Shown here piece after piece: positions 27,580 to 40,572 of a DNA stretch of 64,000 bases (within the stretch, counting starts at the first letter, position 1; each line of letters starts with the position of its first letter). This DNA is from Eledone cirrhosa (Eukaryota). A program made the translations under genes and the position numbers. The notes beneath the pieces are model-generated. The model saw nothing but the letters and a program-made list of their open reading frames with translations. It ran no database searches and was not told the DNA's origin. Location of the stretch: positions 246,202,001 to 246,266,000 of the forward strand of contig OZ024740.1 of assembly GCA_964016885.1 (NCBI GenBank), read 5' to 3'.

Positions 27580-27766
27580 AAGGGCGGTGGATTGGCAGTA
27601 TCAGTAGAGGGTCGGACGCCATGCTTTCCAGCATAGTTACGTCCCTTTACGATCTGAGTTCAAATCCCGCCGAGGTTGACTTTGCCTTTCATCCTTACGG
27701 GGTCGATAAAATAAAGTACCAGTAATGCACTAGGTAATTGCTGGCCTTGTGCCTAAAGTAGAAACA
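27580..27766 (+). mobile_element. SINE (23333 family) with about 20-bp TSD
   Basis: Full copy; ATTATTGATTATTTAATAAT on both sides. Confidence 0.88.
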
Positions 27767-28483
27767 ATTATTGATTATTTAATAATTATTATAGACTATA
27801 TATAATCTCTTTAACAATATAATGTAAATAATTTTTATTTATTTATTTATTCACCTCTTACACATATCTTTTCATATATAATGATAATTCTGCAGCAAAT
27901 ATTCTTGACTCTTGATTACATGGTTGGAGTTTTTTGCCCAGTGTGAATATTGCATTGATAAAATTATATAACTTTGAATTCCTAATCAGAAAGTTATTGT
28001 CATTTAAAAAAACCTTTAGTCATTGACACCATATTCTGTAAGCTTACTATGCAGTTAGCAACGTAATTCATATTATCCATTATCATTGAATGCTGCTTTT
28101 TTTTATCGATTTGTCAATATTTTATTGTTTATGATTTTAATAAACTCTGATGATTCTTAGGGTTTGTACTGACTAACAGCAGGTTGTTAAATAAAATAAT
28201 TTGCTGTTAAATGTACATTCTTAGAGGAAGAAACAATTGTCAGTAATTAGATGTCTTAAACTTATAAAATTTGTTAGTAACTACATTACAATTATATATA
28301 TGTGTGTGTATTCATAAATTCTTTCTGTAAAACAATTTTGGTTTCATTTAATGTTATTAATTCTTTGATTTTTGGAAAATGGTATGTATTCTACAACAAA
28401 ATGTTTGGGAAGTGCTGATGTAGAAATTGTTGTTCTCTAAATATAGTACATCATCCTACCTTCACTATATTCTTTACTTACAG

Positions 28484-28641
28484 GCAGCAGTATCCGCCAT
28501 TCTATGACATTGCCAAATATGCCTCTCCTTGCTGGTGACCTGACCTCCGGACGAGCTTTCGAAAGTGGTTGCACTTGTCACAAGAGTTCCGAAGCATTAT
28601 TCAATGATTTGACTGGTCGAAAGACTGTCTGTCATTGTGAG
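28484..28641 (+). CDS. PI4KB: PI4-kinase beta, internal coding exon (first found in window)
   Basis: Polypyrimidine tract + CAG acceptor, GTATGT donor; SSIRHSMTLPNMPLLAGDLTSGRAFESGCTC...CHCE; phase 0 joins the next exon. Confidence 0.8.
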
Positions 28642-29518
28642 GTATGTACTGACACCTTTGTATGTGTATGCTTGTGTCATCATTTCATCATCATTTTACG
28701 TCCGCTTTTTCCCTGCTTGCAAGGGTGGGACGGGAACTGATTCTGGCTTGATTTCTACAGCTGGATGCCCTTCCTAACACCAGCCTCATTTACAGTGAGT
28801 GCTGGGTGCTTTTTTGCCGTGGCACCTCCATGGCCACTTTGCAGTGGAATGATATGGACCCCAGTCCCTATCATCTCATTTCTACAGCTGAGTAAACTGG
28901 AGCAATGTGAAATAAAGTGTCTTGCTCAAGGAAACAACACATCACCCAGTCTGAGAATTGAACTCACAACCTTTTGATTGCAAGGCCAATGCTCTAACCA
29001 CTAAGCCATGTGCCTTGTGTGAGTCTGTAAATTGAGGTTGCCATTGTGAGCTACTTATTGATACCCTGTATGAGTGTATATGATGTTGTGAGCCATTGTT
29101 GAGTAGATTCTGACTACCTGTGTGTGTTCTGTATTTAAAGTGAAGTTGCCATTGTGAGGTAGGTTCTGACCCTGTGTCTGTGTTTGTAGCTATACAGTGA
29201 AGGTGCCAAGCAGGTTATCTATTATAACAGTAGATACTAGTATGATGATGATAATGTTGAACAACAGACAAAATACCTTGTGTTATTTAGTTATACACCT
29301 TTAATTTCTTAGTTCAAATCCTGCCAGGGTTGACTGACTATGCTTTTTATTCTTGTTGGGTCAATAAAATAAGTACTAGTTACGAACTGGTGTAGATTTA
29401 ATAAGTACCAATCATGTATTGAAGTTGGTTTAATAAGTAGCAGTCATGTTGTACTGGGGACCTGTTTAACAAGTACTGGGATGACAAAAAAACATCCCAA
29501 TTTGGGAGACTGCAGCAG

Positions 29519-31511
29519 TCCGTCTTGCCAGAAAAGAATGTCGCAATGCTGAACGCGAGTACAAACTTCACAAATCGGACATTAATAGGAAGAGGCGAAA
29601 TAGATCGTCCAACCACCTCAAACAGCGCATAGCAACCAGCCCTGACAGTAAGGTGTTCTGGAAGTATGTTCACTCAAAGCAGAGGCCTCACTCTCCAGTT
29701 GGTCCTCTTCACAATCCCCACACAAGCCAGGTTACTGGCTCATTGCTGAATGCTACGCAGGCATTTTCACTATTGAAGACCAGAGTGTACCGTCTCCACC
29801 ACCTATGACACCGGACTCTATTACAACCATGGAATTTACACCTGCAATGCTGCGACGTCATCTAAAAAATAAACGCAACCATGCCTCTCCTGGTCTTGAT
29901 GGTTTTACGTACCTGCTTCTTAAACGTGGTGGGTACTTCCTTCTGCACCAGTTATCACGCTTCTTCCAATTCTGTCTGAACAACGGTGCTACTCCAGAAC
30001 AGTGGAAAACTGCCAGTGTCATTCCTCTGTTCAAAAAGGGTGACCGCACATCACCTGTGAACTATCGTCCAGTCAGTCTTACTAGTTGCATTGCCAAACT
30101 GATGGAATCCTGTGTCAGAGAAACACTTTGGAACTTCTGGAACTTCTGGAACTCTCACAGTCTTATCCGGCCCTCGCAATTTGATTTATCCCCAACTCCA
30201 GCTGTTGTGATCAACTTATCGAGTTTCTTGAAGACATCACCCGGATCACTGATGGCGGCTCATGGGTGGATGTTGTTTACCTTGGCTTTGCGAAAGCTTT
30301 CAATTCTGTGCCACACAAAAGGCTTATGGCAAAACTCTCTGCAATGGGTGTGAAGGATGATCTTTTTAACTGGTTGAAGTCCTTCATTCTCAGTTGAAGA
30401 GAGGTAGTCACGGTTCTGGGACAGCATTCCTCACCATATGAGATGTCATTTGGTGTACCACAGGGATCTGTTCTTGGCCCCCTTTTGTTTGTGGCATATA
30501 TTAATGACATAGATGCCAACTTAAAGAATGCCATAGTACTAAAGTACGCAGATGACATCAAGCTGTACCTTGAGATAAAAAGGACAGATCCTGAACACTA
30601 TAGATCTTGCTTGCAGTCTCTGACCTGGACACAATGCAACAATGGATCTCAGACTGGCAACTCAAGCTAGCTGTGGACAAGTGCACCACCATGCATTTTG
30701 GGAGTAAAAATCCAGCGTCCACATACTCCCTCCACAGCACTAATATCAAGAAGTCTTGTGAATGTGACCTGGGCATTACGGTCAGCAGCGATTTGCGTTG
30801 GACGAAGCACGTCTCTAAAATTGTCAAGAGGGCCGAGGGTGTCTTAGCATCACTCAGCAAGACCTTTGTCAGCCGCTCTCCAGATATCTATTTAAGGCTG
30901 TACAGGGCTATGGTGCAGCCACACTTAGAATTTGCATCACCAGTCTGGAACCCCTATCTTGCTCAGAACATTGACCGCCTGGAAACTGTTCAGAGACGTG
31001 CAACCAAGCGAATACCCTCCATCAGGCATCTACCATACTCTAAGCGCCTTGCTTCCCTGGGCATGGATACATTGAAGCTCTGACGCCTGGCAACTGACTT
31101 GGTAAACACCCACAAAATTGTTAACCATCTTGCCAACAACAACCCTGAGTACCTTTTTGATTTCCATGTCTCTAACACACGTGGGCATGCCTACAAAGTC
31201 AGAGAACAGCACAGCTCCCATGACTTTCAGAAACATTTTTTCACGCTCAGAGTTGCTGAAGCATGGAACAAACTACCTGCATCGGTTGTTAGCTGTTGAG
31301 ACACTGTATCCTTTAAGGCCTCCATGCTTCACGAGATTCGCCAACACTACACCTAATGTTCCCCCTCCATACACATACACACATGTATATCATGACTGAT
31401 ACACTATTCACTTCCCTGACATTTGTGTATTGTTCTATGTACTATACATGCACCTTTGACGAGTTGTAGTGCATCTGAGCACTTTACACAATAATTTCAT
31501 TATTATTATTA
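29519..31511 (+). mobile_element. 5'-truncated degenerate CR1-clade LINE
   Basis: SPGLDG, VIPLFKKG, NYRPVSLTS, AKAFNSVPH, GVPQGSVLGPLLF, YADDIKL, PHLEFASPVWNP and TRGH..K; (ATT)n tail. Confidence 0.88.
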
Positions 31512-31689
31512 TTTAATCAGTACTTGAGTGATTTAATTATCTGGGTCTGTACCTGGTTAAAATCCTTATATGATGTTTAGACCCATTGTATGGCAAACAT
31601 GAGGTGCGGGTTTGAACCCCCTCACCCATGTGTGCTGATATCCCTCTTTTTCCATTCAGTGGGTTTATACACCCCATTATTATTAGACT

Positions 31690-31876
31690 GGCGGTGGATT
31701 GGCAGTATCGGTAGAGGGTCGGACGCCATGCTTTGAGACATAGAGTTATGGCCCTTGCCATTCTGAGTTCAAATCCCGCCGAGGTTAACTTTGCCTTTCA
31801 TCCTTACGGGGGTCGATAAAATAAAGTACCAGTAATACACTGGGTACTTGCTGGCCTTGTGCCAAAAGTAGAAACA
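31690..31876 (+). mobile_element. SINE (23333 family) with 15-bp TSD
   Basis: ATTATTATTAGACTG at 31676-31690 and 31877-31891. Confidence 0.87.
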
Positions 31877-32104
31877 ATTATTATTAGACTGTTTTATTTT
31901 GTCAAAGTTATGTCGAGACTTAGTTGAATTTATTTATTTATTTTGAAATTTGATCCAGGAACTGAGTGTAAAATCCACAAAATGTTTGAGAGCTCTGTAG
32001 CAAAAAGGGAAATAAATAACCTAATTCTCAACTCAGTAATAAAAGTACTGTTGTATCTTTGGCACTACTGAACACTAATAATCTGTTTTGGTTGGTATTT
32101 CCAG

Positions 32105-32195
32105 GCACCACGGCTGATGCCACAACAAGAATTTGTGAAAGCTTTGATGAATATTGCACAGAAACTCCAACAGTTACCCACCAAAGAACTTCGAA
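32105..32195 (+). CDS. PI4KB: PI4KB exon
   Basis: CAG/GTAAGT; APRLMPQQEFVKALMNIAQKLQQLPTKELR matches PI4KB RLAPEREFIKSLM..LPTKE. Confidence 0.93.
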
Positions 32196-32677
32196 GTAAG
32201 TGAAATTTCTCTGTACTTTGTCCTTTTTTTATTGTTTTTTTTTGGTGGGTGTTGGGCATCTTTAATTATTCCAAGATCTTTTTCTTTTCTTGTTATTATT
32301 TTTATTACATCCAACTTCCCATGCTTTTATCATTTTGTTTTTTGAGTTGGACATGGCTTTATAGTTAAAGTTGATTTCGCAACCTTGTGACTTTAGGTTT
32401 AATACCACTGCATAGTACATTAGGGGAGTGTCTTTTATTGCCTTGGATCAGCCATTGCTCAGTGAGTAAATATTTTTAGACATAAACTGTACAGAAGCCC
32501 ATTGCATGTGTGTAGGTATGTCCATTTCCGTGTGTGTCTTCATATCAACACCTTTTAAGTTAGCAGTGGTATTTATATTCTACATAAACATTACATCCTT
32601 TCGCATAGTGATATGACAAAAATAAGCATTATATACCTTACTTAAAAATGAAATATGAGTTTATATATATATATATA

Positions 32678-34138
32678 TATGTCCATGTATAAAGATACAG
32701 TCAGCAAGGCTAGAATTAACAATGAATATATTATTGCCCTTCAGGATATAACAGAAGAGTTTAAGATTGGCTGCCCATGGGAACTCCTATATGCAGATGA
32801 TCAAACTCTCATAGCTGAATCTATGGTTGAACTAGAGAAGAAATTCCAAACATGGAAACATGGCCTAGAATCAAAAGGCCTTAAAGTTAACTTGTCTAAG
32901 ACTAAAGTTTTAGTATGTAGTTAGGAAAATAGGGCACAGGTGCCCTCTGGGAAATGGCCATGCTCAGTGTGTAGGAAAGGAGTAGGTAGAAATTCCATTC
33001 TATGTCCCAAATGCAAGCTATGGGTACATAAAAGATGTGGGATCACAGGCAAGCTATCTAAAAATGTAGATTTTATATGTGGCTGATGCTCAGGTGCAAT
33101 AAGTAGCAAGTGCCCACAGGATACTAGCTCCTTCTACTGCCCAGATGGTTCTATAGAAATAGTGGACACTTTCCGTTATCTGGGTGACAAAATCAGCAGT
33201 AGTGAGGGTGCTCTGAAAGTACAGTAGCCAGAGTCAGAACGGGATGGAAAAAGTTCAGAGAGCTTATACCATTGTTGACCGCAAAAGGTTTCTCTCTAAA
33301 AATGAAAGGCAGATTGTATGATGCTTGTATACGAACATAAATGTCACATGGCAGTGAGACATGGACATTGTCTGTAGAGGATCTGCGCAGACTGGAAAGA
33401 AATGAAGCATGCATGCTCCGTTGGATGTGTAATAGTAATATACACGAATGGCAAAACATAAATGAACTAAGTGAGAAATTAGGAATAAGAGGGATCAGAT
33501 GCTGTTTACTTGGAGAAGACTACGTTGGTATGATCACATGATGCGCATGAAAGACGACAGCTGTATAAAAAAGTGCAAGGCGATCAAAATTTATGGAAGT
33601 TACGGAGTAGGTACACCCAGAAAAACCTGGGACGATGTGATAAATTCCGACCTTGCACACTTACACCTCTCTAAGACAATGTCACTGAACCAAGATCTTT
33701 GGCGCCACGCAGTAATACAGAAGACCCGCCTTCCCTACGTGCAAAGTTAACCTATAGTCAGTAGGCACCTCTTAACCAAATATACACCCCAACCCACTAC
33801 TCCTATTCCACCCTCCCACTCCTGCCAACACCACCCTTTCTCTATAAAGTTATGTTGGTACCACAACATCCAGTCCAAATTAATGAGGTCGTGTAGGTGT
33901 GATGACAAAAAAACACAGTCCACACTGTAATGTGGTCATGTAGGTAACATGGTAAAAAGCTCCCAGTCCACACTGTAAATGTGGTTGGTGTTAGGAAGGG
34001 CATCCAGCCGTAGAAAACTTGCCAGATAGTCCTATATGAGCGAGACACGGTCTCTCGACCATTCCCGCATCAAATGGAACAAAACCGTCTAACCCATGCT
34101 AGCGGGGAAGATGGACGTTAAACAATGATGATGATGAT
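32678..34138 (+). mobile_element. 5'-truncated degenerate RTE LINE
   Basis: CPWELLYADD, PHD-like Cys module, HGSETW, PRKTW; family 3' UTR and (GAT)n tail. Confidence 0.88.
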
Positions 34139-34151
34139 ATATATATATATA

Positions 34152-34715
34152 CAGGGGTTGGACAAAATAAGGGTAACACCTAGCATCATAGCATCATAAT
34201 TTTGAAATATCTATAAAACCGTCAAAAGCTTGTTTATTTTTATTGTTCTTGAGGTGGTCATTAAGCTCTGCAGTAATTTTGGGAGCTGTAATTTTGTGGT
34301 CGTTTCTAACAATTCGTGTAAGAGTCCGACGGTCCCTATCTGAAAGTTTTGGTTTTCTTCCGGAGTTTTGTTTCGATGAGAAGGTTTTTTCTCTTTCTCA
34401 AAGTCTGTCATTACTTTCGAGACTACTTCTTGAGACACCAAATATTTTGGCTGTTTTCGTTATGCTAGCGCCTGCCATACGAGCACCAACAATTTGACCT
34501 CTTTGAAAGTCCGATAGATCTGTCATTTTAATGAATTTTAATTACCTTTTTCTGATGATATCTGAAAAGAAACAGCAATTTTAACAAAACATATTATGCA
34601 ACACTAATAATAAATAAAAAAACATAAAAATAAACAAGCTTTTGAGGATTTTATAGATATTTCAAAATTATGATGCTATGATGCTAGATGTTTCTATTAT
34701 TTTGTCCAACCCCTG
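34152..34715 (-). mobile_element. Internally deleted Tc1/mariner element
   Basis: TA TSDs; about 90-bp TIRs starting CAGGGGTTGGACAAAATAA; minus-strand N-terminal transposase remnant MTDLSDFQRGQIVGARMAGASITKTAKIFGVS...DRDRRTLTRIV. Confidence 0.92.
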
Positions 34716-36431
34716 TATATATAAATGTATGTGTTTCATCATCATTTTACGTCAATGTCTCCATGCTAGCATGGGTTAAGCAGGCTGTCCTGTTGTGGGC
34801 AATGTCAGGTCAGGTGACCATGTCTTGCGTATACAGTACTGATTTGGGCTCCGTTTCTACAGATGGATGCCCTTCCTAACACCAACCTCATTTGCAGTGA
34901 GTACTGGGTGCTTTTTTTACCATTGTGCCTACACAACCACTTTGCAGTCGGGACTGGGAGCTCTTTGAACACGACCACTTTACAGTGGGAGGTGGGTGGG
35001 GGCATATTGTCTATATGCTTCAGCTTCGGCTTGTACCCGTGGGAACTCGGGTCTTCTGTATTACTGCGTAATGCCAGAGGTCTCGGTCCTGTGTCATCGC
35101 CTTTGAGAGGTGCAATTGGGCAAGGTCAGTTTTTATCATCTTATCTCAGGTCTTCTTGGGTCTCCCCACTCCAAGGCTTCTATCAACTTTTAGTGCTCTG
35201 CACCTTTTTATGCAACTGTCAATATATATATATATAATAATAAAAGGATGATTTGTTATGCCTTCATTACATTTATTGAGTAGTGATACCTGTTTTGCTA
35301 TTGATCAGCTCAAGGTTTGATCTGTATCAATCTGGCCCGAATGTGGAATCAAAAGCTCACCAGACCCTCTGCTGTGATAATGACAGAATGAACCTGTAGA
35401 GCTTAGAAATGTCTGTAATGATTCACATTCATTTATGGTGGTCAGTTAATGTTTGTTTTGATTGGTGGTTTTGCTATGAGGAATGTTTTGGCATGTGCAA
35501 TAGGTGAGGGGAAGATCATAATGATGAGGTGGTGGTGGGGTGCGGTGGTTGGTTTGTGTTGCGGGGGTGTGGTGTTTTGGCTGTTTCATAGACATTGTGG
35601 CATGTATGTAGTGAGGCGAAGGTGCTGGGTGTGTGTGTGAAGGTGATTATGGGGTATGTGTGATGGGAGATGAAAGAGTGCTGTACTAAGGGGGGAGGGG
35701 TTCTGTTGGTCAGGATAATGACAGATATGATAAAGAATAAAATATAATATTAACAAAAATAACAATGGTAATTAATGTAACAGTGGTAATGAGGACGATG
35801 ATAAAGTTGATGAGACGGGATAATAATTGTGGTAGTTAATAGGATGTTGTGTATCATTGTCTGTGTTCAAGTGGTTAAGTTTTGGTCTGTCTGTGGTTAA
35901 TGCCTGAATACCATGGCGGAGAATGTATGCTTTCTGGTGTGTCTGCAGTTTATGAAGATTTCCAATCTCAAATTAATAGCTGATTTTAATTTAATGATCT
36001 CTGCCGATTCTGCCAGGCACAACCTGCAGTGCCTTCCTCTGGTGGAATGTTGGGCCAAGGTCTCCTTACAGACCATTTGATCTGGTATTTCAGGTTTCTA
36101 TCCTGACTAGCAGAAGAACATGCTTAAATTTTTCATCTTCTGCTTCCCTTCTTGAAATGTACACTTGCCGTCTAGCTTGCCACCTAGTAGTGTTCTCTAC
36201 TTCTTCCCACTGCTCCGCTATATTGTATGTCTCTACTTGCTCTTCTTTACTGCCAAAAGCATCATGTAATATGCCTCTAAATTTGTTACATGAGAAAGAT
36301 GGTTGGATAACATCCACATGCTCAGATCAATTGGAGATGGTTGCTTCTGATAGGTGTGTCTGAAGACTGCCTCCACAACCCTCCCAGAAATAAATGGGTG
36401 AAGAAGATATATATTTTTAATTAACATAATC

Positions 36432-36680
36432 AATATTTTTAGACAATTTTTCAAATTTCAAATGCAGAAAATAACTAACCATAGTCGATTGCTATAAGTA
36501 ATAGCTTAGAAAATCGGATAAAATATCTCTATAGACAGAAAAAAGTGGCCAGTAGCTGTGCTAAAGAGTCATAATTCAGACTTTTGAGAGATATTTGACT
36601 CAATTTTTTAAGCTGTTCTTTATAGCCTGTGGTTACAGTTAATTTCTGCATTTGAGATTTCTACAGTTTCTAAGAATTTC
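36432..36680. repeat. Degenerate foldback/MITE-like inverted repeat about 70 bp upstream of an exon
   Basis: CAAATGCAGAAA...GCTATAAG...AAATATCTCT versus AGAGATATTT...TTATAGC...TTTCTGCATTTG. Confidence 0.6.
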
Positions 36681-36718
36681 AATCTACTCAACACTTTGAT
36701 AATTTATTTTTGAAATGA

Positions 36719-36994
<276 letters not shown>

Positions 36995-37944
36995 TGATAG
37001 ACACAAACAGGGTGGGAGTTCTAAGGACCTGGCATTTTGGTCGAGAAGGACTGGGTATAGTGGTTATTGTGTGTCTGGAGAGCGGGCATAACATTGGTGA
37101 TAAGAGGAGAGAGATAAGTGAGTTGGAAGTGCCTGAGTGGAGGTGACATGAGATGCAAGTATGTTGTTGTTTAGGTGGGGAGATATTAGAGCGCAGGACA
37201 AAATGTCTAGCATTATTTCATCCAGCTCTCTGCTCTTTGAATTCAAACCTCTTTTCATCCTTGCTGGGTTAATAGAATAAAGTACTAGTCTACAATGGTG
37301 AGCTGATAGTGGTGCTTGAGCTTTGGACGAGATGCCCTTTGTCCAGGGTCTTTTTTTTTTTTTTTGTGTTCCGTGTTCAAATCCGAGTGTGATGTGTTTG
37401 GAAGGTTGACTTAACCGATTGTCCAGTTTAACAATACCACTTTGCCCTTGGGCGCCGGTTGCAAGCATTCAGACCAGGTCTCCAGTTTGAGAATATCTTA
37501 ATTCCTCCCTCTCTCCCTTCTTCCTTTCCACCAATTCCAGAGGCCCTGATTAAACAGTAAACTTACTATCAAAATGTTGCAGATCAGTCATGATTGAAAT
37601 AACCTGTGATAAGCTTTTCCAACAGTGACCTAATCCTGTTTGAAGTGGCAGCAGCAATAGACTATAGTGATTGCTGTAGTGGTTGTGCTAGCTGCCATGT
37701 TGAGTGTGATAGTAGCTGTAGCGTTTGCCCAGTTGCTACACTTTTAACTGGTTTTTGTTTGTTGTTAAATGCACATGCACACTTTGCAAACACACATACA
37801 CACAACCATAAACATACTTGTAAGCACTCGCATATACTTACAAAGACATGCACACTCAAACATTTTGCAAACTCACTTTTACTTGCACACACACACCTAT
37901 GCATTATTTCAAACAAATACACACACATACTCAATCTAGGGAGG

Positions 37945-38880
37945 TAATATGACCACAATGACTGTATAATGACAGTGATATGACCACAATGACGGTATAA
38001 TGACAGTGATATGACCACAATGACAGTACAATGACAGTATAATGACAGTGATATGACCACAATGACGGTATAATGACAGTGATATGACCACAATGACAGT
38101 ATAAGGACAGTGACATGACCACAATGACGGTATAATGACAGTGACATGACCACAATGACAGTGTAATGACAGTGATATGACCACAATGATGGTATAATGA
38201 CTGATATGACAGTGACAATACCACAATGACAGTATAATGACAGTGATATGACCACAATGACAGTATAATGACAGTGATATGACCACAATGACAGTATAAT
38301 GACGGTATAATGACAGTGATATAACCACAATGACAGTATAATGACAGTGATATGATCACAATGACAGTATAATGACAGTGATATAACCACAATGATGATA
38401 TAATGAGTGATAAGACCACAGTGATGGTATAATGACAGCGATATGACCACAATGACAGTATAATGACAGTGATATGACCACAATGACGGTATAATGACAG
38501 TGACATGACCACAATGACGGTATAATGACAGTGACATGACCACAATGACGGTATAATGACTGATATGACCACAATGACAGTATAATGACAGTGATATAAC
38601 CACAATGATGGTATAATGAGTGATATGACCACAATGACAGTATAATGACAGTGATATAACCACAATGATGGTATAATGAGTGATATGACCACAGTGATGG
38701 TATGATGACAGATATGACCACAATGACGGTTTGATGACAATGATATGACCACAATGATATGATCATAGTGATATGACCACAGTGATGGTATAATGACAGT
38801 TATATGACCACAATAACTGTAGTATGACCCCAATAACAGTAGTATGACCCTCAATAATGGTATGATCATAGTGATATGGC
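37945..38880. repeat. Intronic minisatellite, about 31-bp unit GATATGACCACAATGACAGTATAATGACAGT
   Basis: About 30 head-to-tail imperfect copies built from ATGAC sub-repeats. Confidence 0.95.
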
Positions 38881-39018
38881 AATTATGACAACCGTGTAAC
38901 TATAATAGTTGTATAATCAGTTTTATAACAATATGATATGATCATACTAATATAACAATGATGTTTTGATGACAGGATGACGAAACTCAAATGCTTTGTT
39001 TCTATTTTCCTATTGTAG

Positions 39019-39252
39019 ACTCCTTACTTGATATATGTTGAAGTACTTGAGTGTGAAAACCCAGTCACCAGCCAACTGCCAAGTAAAATCTTGGAAAATA
39101 CTTTACGTTTTACCCGTTCAGAAGAGGATTTGACCCACTATTACAACAGAAGCAACAACTCTCCAAAGCCAGAGTTTGCTATTTATGGCACATCTGACTT
39201 TGATGATTCTGACTGTTGGTTACAAGATGATGATGAAATCCTGCAAGCTATG
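39019..39252 (+). CDS. PI4KB: PI4KB exon
   Basis: TAG acceptor; TPYLIYVEVLECEN...CWLQDDDEILQAM; weak GTCAAT donor, phase 0. Confidence 0.9.
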
Positions 39253-39765
39253 GTCAATTAACATTTCTTGGTTTTTACTCTTTATTTTTATTACTATTTC
39301 TGTGTGTGTTTGAAACATTCATGTGGGTGGGAGGGCTCTATAAATTTAGATATTTCAATAAGAATTGTTGGAGCAAGTTTTTATTATATATTGATAGTAG
39401 TGGTGTAACTGAATAATGTCTCCTATATTTTTGCATCTGTAAACAGTGATTTATCTGTTCTATAAACAACCAGTTTATTCAGTGAACAACCATTTACCTT
39501 ATCAGTAAACAGCTAGTTTTCTTTTGAGAAACTATTTTTCTGTACCTTCTGGTCTCTATTTAAGTCAATACTTCAACATAGAATAAAAGACAAACATATA
39601 ACATTGTTCTACAGTGGCTACTATGAGTAATATGGAGACTAGCTACATGGAGACTAAGTATAAAGGATTTCTTCCCACAAAGTAGAAATGTGGTTGAACC
39701 AATCAAATTTACCGCTATCTTTAATTTTTTTATCAAAATTATTTTCTTTTATCTTTTCATTGTAG

Positions 39766-39918
39766 TATTCAAATCGGTCAAAATCAAGTGACACAATTTC
39801 GCAGTTCTCAGCTGAGAGTTCCACAAGCGCTGATAGCAAAGACCCTGTTTATATTGCTGCTGCCGATATTCGCCGACGCCTATCAGAAAATATTGCTGCA
39901 CCAAAGGGCAAATTTGAG
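39766..39918 (+). CDS. PI4KB: PI4KB exon
   Basis: TAG/GTATGT; DTISQFS...[16 protein letters not shown]. Confidence 0.95.
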
Positions 39919-40344
39919 GTATGTCTGACACCTGGAACTGTGCAATGTGAACAGATGAAGCTAGCTGAATGAAGAAAATACTACAAGATTGAAGTAGAAT
40001 AGTTGAAGGAATATAGAATAATGATTGAATTAACCCTTTTAATAATAACTTGCCTAAGACTGACTATCCATATTCAAAAGAACGTTGTAGTTTGCTAGAA
40101 GCATTGCAGAATATGAACAATACAGTATGTTATAGAAAGCTACAGCATTGTAGATCAAACATTAAATATCAATAATAACAATAACAAAGATATTGAAATG
40201 TTACCCTTAAAAATATTTAATTACTCCTGATATTTGTGGTAAAAGAAAACCCTTTACAAATGGATATATAATTGAGTTTGTTTTCGTATGATTAAAATCA
40301 TATTCACCTATATATTTTTAATCCTTTTCATCTTTTTTGTGTGA

Positions 40345-40572
<228 letters not shown>

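Larger units (their letters stand above)
27106..28296. mobile_element. Non-autonomous TIR (foldback/MITE-like) element containing two SINEs
   Basis: About 75-bp imperfect inverted repeats: TATAATTGTAATGGAGTTACTAAC...GACAATTGTTTCTTCCT (27106-27178) versus about 28225-28296. Confidence 0.7.

Noticed and set aside
1-28483. Upstream PI4KB exons (helical domain)
   Set aside because: No recognisable PI4KB N-terminal coding sequence found; probably outside the window, though a short divergent exon could have been missed.
37662-38869. Long His/Cys/Ile-rich ORFs (353, 312, 136 and 130 aa) on the minus strand; superficially CRISPR-like periodicity
   Set aside because: Artefact of a 31-bp minisatellite whose minus strand lacks stops in all frames. 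There are no unique spacers or cas genes, and it lies in a eukaryotic intron.
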